From: Candidatus Multivoradales bacterium
GTDB taxonomy: Bacteria > Acidobacteriota > Thermoanaerobaculia > Multivoradales > JAHEKO01
Assembly: GCA_965223155.1 (NCBI GenBank)
Contig: CBDCVR010000013.1
Span: 160,001 to 224,000 of the forward strand
Reading direction: 5' to 3'
Length of the DNA: 64,000 nt
Shown here piece after piece: positions 34,001 through 42,746 of the stretch. Both the position numbers and the translations under genes were made by a program. A model generated the notes under the pieces. The model did not search any database. It saw nothing but the letters and a program-made list of their open reading frames with translations, and was not told where the DNA came from. How positions within the stretch are numbered: position 1 is the stretch's first letter; every line of letters starts with the position of its first letter.

Positions 34001-34124
34001 TTCGCCTGTCATGACTCACGGGGATCATCTCCACCCTGGGCTGTGGGCAGCTGCGGGGGTGAATCACGATCAGCTATTTCGGACGCTGGAGGTGCGAATG
34101 GGTAAGGCATCGAGGAACCAGTGA
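31023..34124 (+). pseudogene. Orphan rhs-CT module (3' RHS core plus allelic alpha/beta-hydrolase tip) lacking a genuine 5' end
   Basis: Homology to the main gene begins abruptly at ~31023 (matches 26771, ggcctgtcccgggtggtgacgtccgag), 7 bp after the immunity-1 stop. The frame is intact to TGA at 34124, with a DSMG boundary and the same catalytic motifs. Confidence 0.85.
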
Positions 34125-35287
34125 CACAGAAGTTTCTGCTGTCGGCGACGACGCTGCTGTGGATCAGCTGTTCCACGATGGCGATGGGCTCCGATCCGTA
34201 CGGCCCGAAAGCGGTGAACTACCTGGATATCTCGGCGGACGGGAAGTATCTGGGGGGCGTGCGCCAAGACGGTTTCGCGTTCGTGATCGACTTAGAGAGT
34301 CGCAAGCGGGTGAGCAATCTTTCGCGCGGGAAGTTCCCGGGGCTCCCTGGGGGGCCGCGCGTCCAGTTTCTGGCGTTCCGGGGCTCCCGTGGGGAGGTCG
34401 TCTGGGATTGCCGTTCGGGGAGTGTTTGCGTGACGGACCTGGCGACGGGTGAGCGGGAGTTTCTGTTCGAGCACGACCCGCAAGACAACGTGATGGTGGG
34501 AGCGGTGTCGCGGGACGGAGAACGGATGGCGTTCGGTACGCGGGGGGAAAGAGTGTTTTCCTACGACGCGCGTACCGGCGAACAGGTGACGCTCAAGCCA
34601 AAGAACATCTGGGACCGGGTGGGGTTTCCGATGTACACACTGGAAGCGCCGCCGACGCTGGACTTCCTGATCACGGCCTCAGCGGAGGTCGGCGCAGAGG
34701 CTCTCTACGAGAAGAGGGAATCGACGCGGCGTCACGACGAGGAGCGATACCTGGAAGTGCGGCACCACGATGGGAGCTATCGACTTGAGCCGATGCATCG
34801 GGGGATCAACCTGTGGACCTGGGGGGACGACTGGCCAGAGATGATCGACGACGACTTCTCGGACAAGATTCGGGCGGACTGGTCCCGGGACGGACGGTTG
34901 GTGGCGATTAACCAACAGGGAGGTAGCTCCTACTTCGTATACGAGGTTGGCGAAGATGGGGTGCGATGGGTTACCGATCTTTCGAAGGCTGGCGCTCGTG
35001 GTTGTGATGGTATGCGGTTCCTGGATGTTGAGGGGCGGTACCTAGGCGTAGTTAGCTACGGCCACCGATTCATGGAGGTTATTGATCGAGCCACTGTCGA
35101 TGTGAACCAGTACGCTCAGGGGACGGATCTGAAGCTTCGTGAAAAGCCCGCCGGCGGCCGCCGGATGATGGTCGCTTACCCGGAGAAGGGCTGGGTCTTC
35201 CTCGGGCTTCGAAACGGTGGGATCGACTGGTACCAGTTCCAGTCGGAACCCAAGCTCTCGCTTCGGCACATCGCGACTCTCCGGTAA
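34121..35287 (+). CDS. Putative immunity protein 2: WD40-like lipoprotein paralog
   Basis: GTG overlaps the orphan stop (GTGA). Signal ...LLWISC. Shares AMGSDPYGP..VNYLD and the entire C-terminal part with immunity 1. Confidence 0.72.
   Translation: MTQKFLLSATTLLWISCSTMAMGSDPYGPKAVNYLDISADGKYLGGVRQDGFAFVIDLESRKRVSNLSRGKFPGLPGGPRVQFLAFRGSRGEVVWDCRSGSVCVTDLATGEREFLFEHDPQDNVMVGAVSRDGERMAFGTRGERVFSYDARTGEQVTLKPKNIWDRVGFPMYTLEAPPTLDFLITASAEVGAEALYEKRESTRRHDEERYLEVRHHDGSYRLEPMHRGINLWTWGDDWPEMIDDDFSDKIRADWSRDGRLVAINQQGGSSYFVYEVGEDGVRWVTDLSKAGARGCDGMRFLDVEGRYLGVVSYGHRFMEVIDRATVDVNQYAQGTDLKLREKPAGGRRMMVAYPEKGWVFLGLRNGGIDWYQFQSEPKLSLRHIATLR
34841..35287 (+). repeat. 447-bp near-identical copy of 30569..31015 (3' ends of the two immunity genes)
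   Basis: Both run from atgatcgacgacgacttctcggac to cgactctccggtaa. Only two synonymous differences were noticed (ggtcggctg vs ggacggttg). Confidence 0.93.
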
Positions 35288-35443
35288 CACGGCTCGAGCC
35301 TCAGCCCGGCCCGGCACAGGCGTCTCAAGGAAGTCATCGAAGAGCGGTCCGAGCCCAAGAAGCGGTCCTCATCCATGGGAGTTCGAGAGCCTAGGTGTAG
35401 ATGTGGACTCTGACGCAGTGGCCTGAAAAATGGACACTATCTA

Positions 35444-35959
35444 ATGAGCCAAGAGTCGTTCGAGAAAAAGGGTCGCAAGGGAGAAGAGGCCCTCAACCGG
35501 TGGCTTAGCCGGCAGGGGATGAGTTACGTTGCGGTTTGTCAGGCTTCTGAGACCTTCTCTCCCTTGTTTGGCACTGATCTCAAGAGGCCAGACTTCCTGG
35601 TGTTGCTGGACTCGATCGGCCTGATTGCCGTAGATGCAAAGTTCCACGAACCTTGGAATGGAACCTACTCGCTGGGCTATGAGGACGAGATCCAGAGGGT
35701 GGTCACTTTCGAGCGGCTTTTCCGGTTGCCCTTTTGGTATGCCTATATGAGTAGCGAAGAGGGTCGCCTTTGGTATTGGGTCAGTGCCTTGAAGGCACTG
35801 GAGGTCGGCAAGAAGAAGAAGCGCAAGAAGGACGGCAAGGAGTTCTTGTCCATAGATCTGGACCACTTCTTGCGGATTGAAGATCGCTTTGATTTTGGCA
35901 AACTCTATACGCAGAAGATGAACAGCCTACGGCGGCTGCGGAATGCTCCTGCGGACTAG
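35444..35959 (+). CDS. Small PD-(D/E)XK (restriction-endonuclease-like) fold protein
   Basis: Motif order G..GEE (helix), RPDFLV, IAVDAK fits the E..PD..(D/E)xK catalytic pattern. Lower GC, Lys-rich patch, GGA-containing RBS-like sequence upstream. Confidence 0.6.
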   Translation: MSQESFEKKGRKGEEALNRWLSRQGMSYVAVCQASETFSPLFGTDLKRPDFLVLLDSIGLIAVDAKFHEPWNGTYSLGYEDEIQRVVTFERLFRLPFWYAYMSSEEGRLWYWVSALKALEVGKKKKRKKDGKEFLSIDLDHFLRIEDRFDFGKLYTQKMNSLRRLRNAPAD

Positions 35960-35990
35960 TTGTTCTCCTCTGATGGCAGTGGGTCAGGCT

Positions 35991-38900
35991 CCGAGTACGC
36001 CTACAACGACTACGGCCAGGTGACGCGGGCCACGAACCCGAACGGCAATGTGACCGAGTACTCGTACTTTGCGAGCGGTCCGAGCCTTGGCTACCTCCAG
36101 GAGACGGTTGCGGCACCGGGCGTGCTGGATCTAGCCACCCGGTACACGACCGACGCCCGGGGCAACGTCACGGCGGTGACGGATCCGCGGGGAGTACGAC
36201 ACACGACGGTCTACAACGAGCTCGACTGGCGGGTGGCCTCGACCCAGGCGGCGTCGGGGGCGTCGTCCACGCCGGCCCTGGGCTATACCTCGAGCTACCT
36301 CTACGACGCCAACGGCAATCTCGTAACCGAGCGGCAGCCGTTCGGGGAGACGGGCTCGGCGGCGACCGAGACCCGGTACACCTACGGTGCCTTGAGCGAG
36401 CTGGTGACGACGACGCGGGAGATCGAAGCGGGCGGCGCCGTCACCGTCGAGAGGCGGGCCTACGACCCCAACTACAACCTGGAGTCGGTGATCCACCCGG
36501 AGGGGAACGAGACCCGCAACGTCTACGGTCCGCGCAACCTCCTCCTCTCGACGACGCGAGGCTTCGGCTCGCCGGAGGCGGTCGTTGACTCCTATGTCTA
36601 CAACGCCGACCGCGAGCGGACGGCCTACACCAACGGGCGCTTGCAGAGCTTTGCGACCGAGTACGACGGCTACGGGCGGGTGGCTCGGGTGGTGGACCCC
36701 CTGGGCAATGCGACGGTGTCGAAGTACGACGCCAACGGCAACGTGGTCGAGTCCGAGCACTACGACCCGGCGGGGACGCTCCTGGCGGAGTCGGCCGGCG
36801 AGTACGACCTTCTGAACCGGAAGACGGCGAGCCTCGAGGCCCTCTTCGACGCCGGGGATCCTACGACCGAAGGGATCCTGCGCTCTGCGACCGTCTACGA
36901 TGCGGCCTCGAACGTCCTCCAGACGACCGACGCCTTGGGTCGGACGACGGTGTCGCGCTACGACTCAGCCGAGCGCCTGGTCGAGACCATCGACCCGGCC
37001 GGCAACCGGCTGGTGCGCACCCTCGACGCCAACGGCAACGCCACCTTGACGGAGTCGGTCGAGACGACCCCGGACGGCGGCACGGTGACGGTTCCGTACC
37101 AGACGGCCTACGATGCCTTGAACCGGCCGGTCTCGCGCACCGACGCTTTGGGGAACATGACCCGGACGGCCTACGACGCGCGCTCGAACGCGATCCGGCA
37201 AACGGACGCCGAAGGGCACGTGACGGCGTCGTTCTACGACGGTCTCGACCGGCGGATCCGGGCGGTGCGTCCGGAGGGGATCTCGATCGAGTCCGCCTTT
37301 GACGGCAACTCCCGGCTGACCCGGTACCGGGACGCTCGGGGCAACGAGACGAGCTGGACCTACGATGCCCTGGACCGGAAGGCGACGACGACCTATCCGG
37401 ACCAGACGTCCGAGAGCTACGCCTACGACGGCGCCGGCAACGTGACCCAGGTTGCCGACGCCAACGGCTCGACCGTGACCCAGACCTACGACGCGGCGAA
37501 CCGGCTGACGGCACGCTCGGTGGCGGCGGGTCCGGGCATCGAAGGCATCACGACCGAGACCTACGGCTACGACGGCCTGTCCCGGGTGGTGACGTCCGAG
37601 TCCCCGGCGGCGGTGACGAGCTTTGCCTACGACTCGCTGTCGCGGATGACCTCGGAATCGCGTGCGGTCGGCGGCGGCTCCGGCTCGACCGCTAAGATCG
37701 TCTCCTACGCCCACGACCGGGTGGGCTCGGTGACCCGTGCCACCTACCCGTCGGGGCACGAGGCGGCCCGGACGTTCGATCCGCTGGATCGGCCGCTGGG
37801 GGTCCAGGCGGGAACGGCTGGAGCGGGGAGCCAGGCCGTCTCCTACGGCTACAGGGGCCCGGACCTGGTCCAGACCAAGGCCCTGGGCAACGGCGTTGCG
37901 GGCGAGATGGCCTTCGACGGGGCGAAGCGAGTGGTGGGCACCTCGTACAGCCGGCCTGGCTCCAGTGGTTCGAGTGGCTCCAGCGGCGGCTCCGGTACGG
38001 CCTTCTCGGAGACGATCGCCTGGAGCCCGCGGCATCTCAAGGTCGAGACCACCCGGGCGGACCTGGGCGGGCGCGGGCTCCTGCTGGCCTACGACGGGGC
38101 GGGCCGAGTGACCGCGGCAGACAGCGTGCCCTCGCCCCAGACGGCCAACAACACGACCCCTGCCGGAGGGACGGGGTCCTCTGGAGGCGACGGCTTTGCC
38201 TTCGCCTACGACGCGGCCGAGAACCTCCTGTCCCGCTCGCGCTCGACCGGCCTCGGCACCGAGACCTCGGCCCTGCCGCTCGACGGCTCGGGCCGGAACC
38301 GCCCCGGTGAGGCGGACGGCCAGTCCCTGACCTACGACGCCAACGGGAACCTCGTCCAGAAGGGCAACCAGCGCTTTCACTACGACTACCGGAACCGCAT
38401 CGCCCGGGTGAGCGACGCGACCACCGGCGCCACGGTCGCCACCTACCTCTACGACAACTTCAACCGGCGTCTGGCGAAGACCGTCGAGACGGCGGAGGGC
38501 CCCAAGACCACCGAGACCGTCTGGGGCGGCTGGCAGAACCTGGAAGAGTATGTCTCTGCCGCGGGTGGAGGCCAGCGGCTTGCCTCCCGGCGCACCTACG
38601 GGATGGGCCTCGACGAGATTGTCCGCCAGGAGACGGACGTCGACGGCGACGGCACCCTCGAGACCGTGACCGTGCCGGTCTACGACTCGACCGGCAACCT
38701 GGTGCTTGCGACCGGGCCGGACGGCCGCACCCTGGAGCGCTACGAGTACACCCCGTACGGCGGCCGCACGATCTTTACCGACTTGACCGGTCCGCGCCTC
38801 GAACAGCTCCGCGCGGTTGGGAGCACAGGCGGCGGCGAGCTCTGGCTCGAGCTCTCCGAGGCGGCGTTACCGGTTCCACTCGAAGCGGCCGCAACCGCGG

Positions 38901-39174
38901 GTACACTTGCCGTCAGCGTGGACGGTACCGTCGAGACCCTGACCGTGAGCCAGCCGGTCCTGACCGGCCGGGAGGCGCGAAGACGCGTGGTGCTGGCGCT
39001 CGAGACGACCCCGGTTGCCGGTGCTGCCATCGAGGTGACGATCCCGGCCGAAGCCCTGGTGGATGAGTCCGGCAACGAGGCCACTACCGACATCACCCAG
39101 AGCTTCACCTGGCCGGGAGCCGGCGCTGGTAGCGCGACCTCGGTCATCCTCGATGACACCGACCCACGCGTGGG
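35991..39174 (+). pseudogene. Truncated orphan RHS core: near-identical copy of main gene 25188..28371 with no toxin tip
   Basis: Constant offset of 10803 bp at both ends (ccgagtacgcctacaac ... ccacgcgtggg) with only scattered substitutions. Homology breaks at 39175 and the frame stops at 39202. Confidence 0.88.
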
Positions 39175-40329
39175 TGTCCCGTCCGCAGTGTCCGCGCGGT
39201 AGTAGTTGACGTTCTTGGAGTCATTTTGTGGCCGGGCGGGCATTGGTCTCCGCTCCTGCCACGAGATGTGCCTCGATTTCCTAGATTTCTTTCTTCCTAG
39301 AGCCCCGCTCGTTCCCGGCCGAGACGCCTGAACGCGCTTCGCCCCCGGACGTTCGTCTCTGTTGCGGAAGCTCCGCATGGATTTGGCCGCCGCCCCCTCG
39401 CCCCGTCACTCCAGCCATCGGTAGCCGACGAGCACGCCGTGCCAGGTGGAGTAGAGGCGCGGCCTTGGTACCGGCTTGCGGACAACCCGCCAGGCCATGG
39501 CGGGTGTCAGGCCGTCGAGGTGCTGATGCGGGCGCAGGTGGTTGTACCAGGCGGTGAAGGTGTGGAGATCGGTGTCATCGGGCACAAACTGAGGCGCTGA
39601 TTCGCGGACCGCCCGGATCGCTTGCTTGAAGGTGAGAAAGAAGCGCTCGACCCTGCCGTTTTGCCAGGGGGCGTAGGGCGCAGTCCGCTGATGGCGGATG
39701 CCGAGAAGGAAGAGGCCGAGTCGAAAGGTCTTCGATGTGAAGACGGGTTCGTTGTCGGTGCGAAGACACTTGGGCCGCCCGTAGCGCTCGACTAGGTGGA
39801 GAAGGGCTCGTAACAGCGCGAGTGCCGTTCGCTCTCGAACTGCCGCGAGCATGAGACAGGCTCGCGTGCCGTGATCGAGAACGCCTAGGGCGCGCTTACC
39901 GTTCTCCGACCCGTTGGCGAGGTGGGTCAAATCGAGTCCCCAGGTGTGGTTTTGAGGGATCGGTCTCGGACGGCGGTGCTTGAGCCACTTCCGCTTCCGT
40001 ACGATCTCGAGCTGGCTTGCGCGCACGACGCCGGCGACGTAGGTCTTGCCGACAGTCATTGATCGGCTCGCGGCGTGGAGGTGATTGAAGGTGATGGCGA
40101 TCTTCCGGCAGCCGTTTTGGGGCATGAGAGCCTTCAGGCGGACGACCTCTCTGCGGACCCAGAGCGGCTTGGGTTGGCGAAGGACGCTTCGGTTTGCCCT
40201 GCCTCCCGGGGCCTTGCCTCGACGACGACGCCCGAGCCTGCCGCGTTGCAACGAGATCCAGCACCACCAACGCAGGAAGACAACCAGGCCGAGGGCGACG
40301 GCGACTCCCGCCGCCTGAGAGAAGCTCAT
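39175..40329 (-). mobile_element. IS-like element carrying an integrase-core (rve) DDE transposase; upstream boundary uncertain
   Basis: Sequence switches abruptly from RHS to TGTCCCGTCCGC at 39175 (a TGT-type IS terminus), with a transposase ORF inside. No convincing second terminus or target-site duplication was found. Confidence 0.55.
39406..40329 (-). CDS. Integrase core domain transposase (IS481/IS3-like DDE)
   Basis: WGLDLT, LDHGTR, LRTDNEPVFTS, PWQNGRVERFF, WYNHLRPHQHLDGLTP motifs. ATG at 40329 is preferred over the GTG at 40518. Confidence 0.85.
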   Translation of the reverse strand: MSFSQAAGVAVALGLVVFLRWWCWISLQRGRLGRRRRGKAPGGRANRSVLRQPKPLWVRREVVRLKALMPQNGCRKIAITFNHLHAASRSMTVGKTYVAGVVRASQLEIVRKRKWLKHRRPRPIPQNHTWGLDLTHLANGSENGKRALGVLDHGTRACLMLAAVRERTALALLRALLHLVERYGRPKCLRTDNEPVFTSKTFRLGLFLLGIRHQRTAPYAPWQNGRVERFFLTFKQAIRAVRESAPQFVPDDTDLHTFTAWYNHLRPHQHLDGLTPAMAWRVVRKPVPRPRLYSTWHGVLVGYRWLE

Positions 40330-40349
40330 GGTTGCGGAGTCTAGCTCGG

Positions 40350-41200
40350 TAGAATTGTGAGGCGGATCGAAGTGTTTGCCTCGTTGCCCAAGATCGGCTA
40401 CCGGTACGAGGAGCGAGCTGGCCACGAGGTTCGGATCTTGCTCTATGGGCACCACGCATCGCGTACTTGCTAACTGCGGAACGAGAGACTCGCCTTCTTG
40501 GGATCTTCTACGGGGCACTCGAGCTCGAGCTTTCTCTCTACCCTTGGCCGTCCGGTAGAATCAGCGTGGCGAATGTGGCCGTCGGCCTGGAGGGGTGCGG
40601 TGCTGACTTTCCGGCTGATCTCTAGGTCGGTTCGGGTGTGTCGTACGAATCGGGAATCCCGACGCTGTGTGATGTGCATGAAGCGTTCGGGGTCGACGAT
40701 GCACAAGGTGAAGGCTTCCCGATGGGATCTGACGACCCGCTCCCGGCCCGGCTGGCCGCGGATCCACTTGGGACATTTATGCGTTTCTCGGAGGTCCAGG
40801 TTCGCGCCATCGTGGCGGATCCAACTCCAACTCTCGAGATGATCGCAAGGCTTCACCGCGAGGGGCGGGTAGGTCGGAGTTTCACCGACAACGCTAACAA
40901 CCTCATCGCCAAGGTCGGCGTACCCTTCGAGCGCACGCGTGGCTCAGGCGTATTCAATGAACGCCATCCGGTGACGTTCTCCTCGCGCAATCTGATTGTC
41001 GTTGGCGTGGCGGCAGATCGTCGCGAGGTCGTTCGGCAGGCACGCCGTCGGCGCATGAGAGTGATTGTCGTCAACCCGTGCGCCACGGTCTCGCCGAATG
41101 TTCAACATCTGGACTTCCTCCGGCCCGACGATCGTTTCTACAGGCGACAGCGAACACCTATTTCGAAGCGGTCGGCTCAGAGCTCGGCTTGTCCGCCTGA
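40350..41200 (+). pseudogene. Degenerate Sir2/sirtuin-like (NAD-binding Rossmann-fold) gene
   Basis: VGSGVSYESGIPTL resembles GAGISxxSGIP and is preceded by an in-frame TAG at 40623. TDNANNL resembles TxNxD. LIVVG...VIVVNP follows. An apparent frameshift near 41145 leads to TANTYFE...SA-TGA at 41200. Confidence 0.55.
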
Positions 41201-41323
41201 GAGATGGCCCAGGCTGGGTGGAGAGGTCAGCTTCGGTAGGACCCGAGCCTACCCGCGAGAGCGGGCCTTGCCACCGGTCGGTCAGGTGTGGCGGTCCGAG
41301 GGTTCGCGGCTCATAGTCGGGCG

Positions 41324-42706
41324 ATGCCGACGATCATCGAGCCGTTTCGGATCAAGTGCGTCGAGCCGATCACGCTGACGACCCGGGAGGAGCGCGAGGA
41401 GCTGCTGAAGAAGGCCGGCTACAACCTGTTTCGCCTGCCGGCTTCGGGAATTCTGATCGACCTTCTGACCGACAGCGGTACGGGCGCCATGAGTGCCGCG
41501 CAGTGGTCGGCCATGATGCGCGGCGACGAGTCGTATGCGGGGAGCGACAGCTTCGACCGGTTCGAGGCGGCGGTTCGGGACATCTTCGGCTTCGAGTACG
41601 TCATCCCGACCCATCAGGGCCGCGCTGCCGAGCGCATCCTGGCGGCTACGCTGTGCCGGCCGGGAGACGTGGTTCCCAACAACACCCATTTCGACACGAC
41701 CCGGGCGAATATCGAGGCCGCGGGTGCCGTGGCGCTGGATCTGCCCTGCGTAGAATCTCGGGACCTGGGCCGCGAGTATCCGTTCAAGGGCAACATCGAC
41801 CTCGAGGCCCTGGCTAAGGCGCTCGACGAGCACGCCGGCTCGGTGCCATTCGCGATGGTCACGGTCACCAACAACGGTGGTGGGGGACAGCCGGTGTCGA
41901 TGGCGAATCTCCGAGCCGCATCGGAGCTCTGCCGCAGGCGCGGCGTGCCGTTCTTCCTGGACGCGTGCCGCTTCGCCGAGAACGCCTATCTGATTCAACG
42001 GCGGGAGCCAGAGTACGCGGGGAGCTCGCTTCTCGAGATCGCGCGCGAGATGTTCTCGTGCGCCGACGGCTGCACCATGAGCGCCAAGAAGGACGGCATG
42101 GCCAACATCGGGGGCTTTCTGTGCACCAATGATGCTCAGGTAGCGGGCCAGGAGAAGGAACTCTTGATCCTGACCGAGGGTTTCCCGACCTATGGCGGCC
42201 TGGCGGGCCGGGATCTCGAGGCGGTCGCGGTGGGACTCTACGAGGCGCTGGACCCCGAGTATCAGAAGTATCGGCACGCCTCGATCCGCTACTTGGGCGA
42301 CCACATCGCGGCGGCTGGCGTTCCGATCGTCCAGCCGCCGGGCGGCCACGCGATCTATATCGACGCGGCCCGAGCCTTGCCACATCTGGAGCGCTCGGAG
42401 TTTCCCGGGCAGGCCCTCGCGATCGCGCTCTATCTCGAAGGGGGTATTCGGTCGGTGGAAATCGGCTCGGTCATGCTCGGCCGGCGCGATCCCGAGACCG
42501 GCGCCGAGCAGCCCGCCGAGCAGGAGTTGCTCCGTCTGGCGATTCCGCGGCGGGTCTACACCAAAAGCCAGACCGACTACGTGATCGAGACGATCCTGGC
42601 GGCGCTCGAAGCTCCGGAGACGATTCCGGGCGTGCGGATCGTCGAGCAGCCGGCGGCGCTCCGGCATTTCTCGGCGGCGTTCGCGCCGAACGTCGGAGCG
42701 GCCTAG
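41324..42706 (+). CDS. tnaA: Tryptophanase (beta-eliminating lyase, tryptophanase/tyrosine phenol-lyase family)
   Basis: EPFRIK.VE, IDLLTDSGT, HQGRAAE, HFDTTR, PLP lysine motif MSAKKD, GFPTYGGL, LRHF. Confidence 0.88.
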   Translation: MPTIIEPFRIKCVEPITLTTREEREELLKKAGYNLFRLPASGILIDLLTDSGTGAMSAAQWSAMMRGDESYAGSDSFDRFEAAVRDIFGFEYVIPTHQGRAAERILAATLCRPGDVVPNNTHFDTTRANIEAAGAVALDLPCVESRDLGREYPFKGNIDLEALAKALDEHAGSVPFAMVTVTNNGGGGQPVSMANLRAASELCRRRGVPFFLDACRFAENAYLIQRREPEYAGSSLLEIAREMFSCADGCTMSAKKDGMANIGGFLCTNDAQVAGQEKELLILTEGFPTYGGLAGRDLEAVAVGLYEALDPEYQKYRHASIRYLGDHIAAAGVPIVQPPGGHAIYIDAARALPHLERSEFPGQALAIALYLEGGIRSVEIGSVMLGRRDPETGAEQPAEQELLRLAIPRRVYTKSQTDYVIETILAALEAPETIPGVRIVEQPAALRHFSAAFAPNVGAA

Positions 42707-42746
42707 GGCCTCGGCCGGACGCCGGCCCTGTCCCGCGTTCGCCCGG

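Noticed and set aside
28925-34124. Duplicated toxin tip as a diversity-generating retroelement TR/VR pair
   Set aside because: No reverse transcriptase in the window, and differences include many C/T and other non-adenine, mostly synonymous changes.
35960-35990. TTG start for a 1080-aa RHS protein
   Set aside because: No RBS or signal peptide. It begins mid-shell and lacks the core end and tip, so it is treated as a fragment.
40510-40517. ACGGGGCA as the inverted-repeat partner of TGTCCCGT at 39175
   Set aside because: Only a 7/8 match, no target-site duplication, and it falls within the apparent Sir2-like coding remnant.
42707-42746. Possible terminator between convergent tnaA and ZIP genes
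   Set aside because: GC-rich with only a weak imperfect stem and no U-tract, so it is not supportable.
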